DNA of 64,000 nt from the IMG/VR virus record IMGVR_UViG_3300043178_000025; one strand, 5' to 3'. The translations under genes were made by a program, and so were the position numbers. The notes below the pieces were generated by a model that was given only the letters and a program-made list of their open reading frames with translations, was not told the DNA's origin and searched no databases. The stretch comes from a virus. Positions within the stretch are counted from its first letter, which is position 1; each line of letters begins with the position of its first letter. This document shows positions 63,711 through 64,000 of the stretch, in pieces.

Positions 63711-64000
63711 CTACTTTCTCGTCAGGAGCACCACGCCAGCGCCGAGGGCCCCCACGCCGAGAAGAAGCCCCCACCACGGAATGCCCATGATCTCGCCCGG
63801 CTTCGACGGAGCCACGTACCCCGGAGCGCCCGGCGCGGGGGCCATCTGCGCCTGCTGCATCGCCATCTGCGCCTGCGCCATCTTCGTCTGAAGCTCGACC
63901 TGCTTCGTCGCGGCGGTCGCCTGAATCTTCGCGATGTCTTTCGCCGTGCTCGACTGGAGCTTGGCGCTGTAGATACTGCCTGCCGCACCCGCGATGGTCG
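63711..64000 (-). CDS. C-terminal part of a membrane-anchored virion-like protein (runs off the window)
   Basis: Read by hand: ..AKLQSSTAKDIAKIQA..GIPWWGLLLGVGALGAGVVLLTRK*. Confidence 0.75.
   Translation of the reverse strand, partial: TIAGAAGSIYSAKLQSSTAKDIAKIQATAATKQVELQTKMAQAQMAMQQAQMAPAPGAPGYVAPSKPGEIMGIPWWGLLLGVGALGAGVVLLTRK

Noticed and set aside
1-64000. Genome-wide TAG or TGA reassignment
   Set aside because: Many well-formed genes end in TAG or TGA with tight coupling to the next start; only isolated in-frame stops were found.

Overview
GC-rich prokaryotic virus genome segment; no host housekeeping operons and no clear capsid, portal or terminase gene in the window. About 1-53,130 is a dense + strand block of early, replication and accessory genes. 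It includes an SNF2 helicase, two ParB-like proteins, Gam-like and single-strand annealing proteins, a DUF669-like SSB, a DUF3987 helicase, RecU-like and MmcB-like nucleases, ThyX, a DNA methyltransferase, NADAR, NYN, two HD hydrolases, a serine recombinase, several HNH genes and about 22 copies of one small paralogous domain. This block converges, at a ~1.1 kb repeat-rich non-coding region, with a - strand block (54,226-64,000) of basic modular proteins and membrane-anchored, probably virion, proteins. Strongest unusual signals: (1) a stand-alone Cas7/RAMP-like gene flanked on both sides by period-5 arrays with an invariant pyrimidine, a candidate non-CRISPR RNA-guided system; (2) an amber-suppressor tRNA(CUA) directly upstream of a Pth2-like gene with an in-frame TAG at codon 5, followed by two atypical tRNA-like elements; (3) consecutive proteins built of ~60-aa modules punctuated by an LFN(P) motif; (4) a 54-bp-period repeat array whose 16-bp core recurs exactly, inverted, 49 kb away. 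All protein family calls come from motif recognition by eye; no database search was run.
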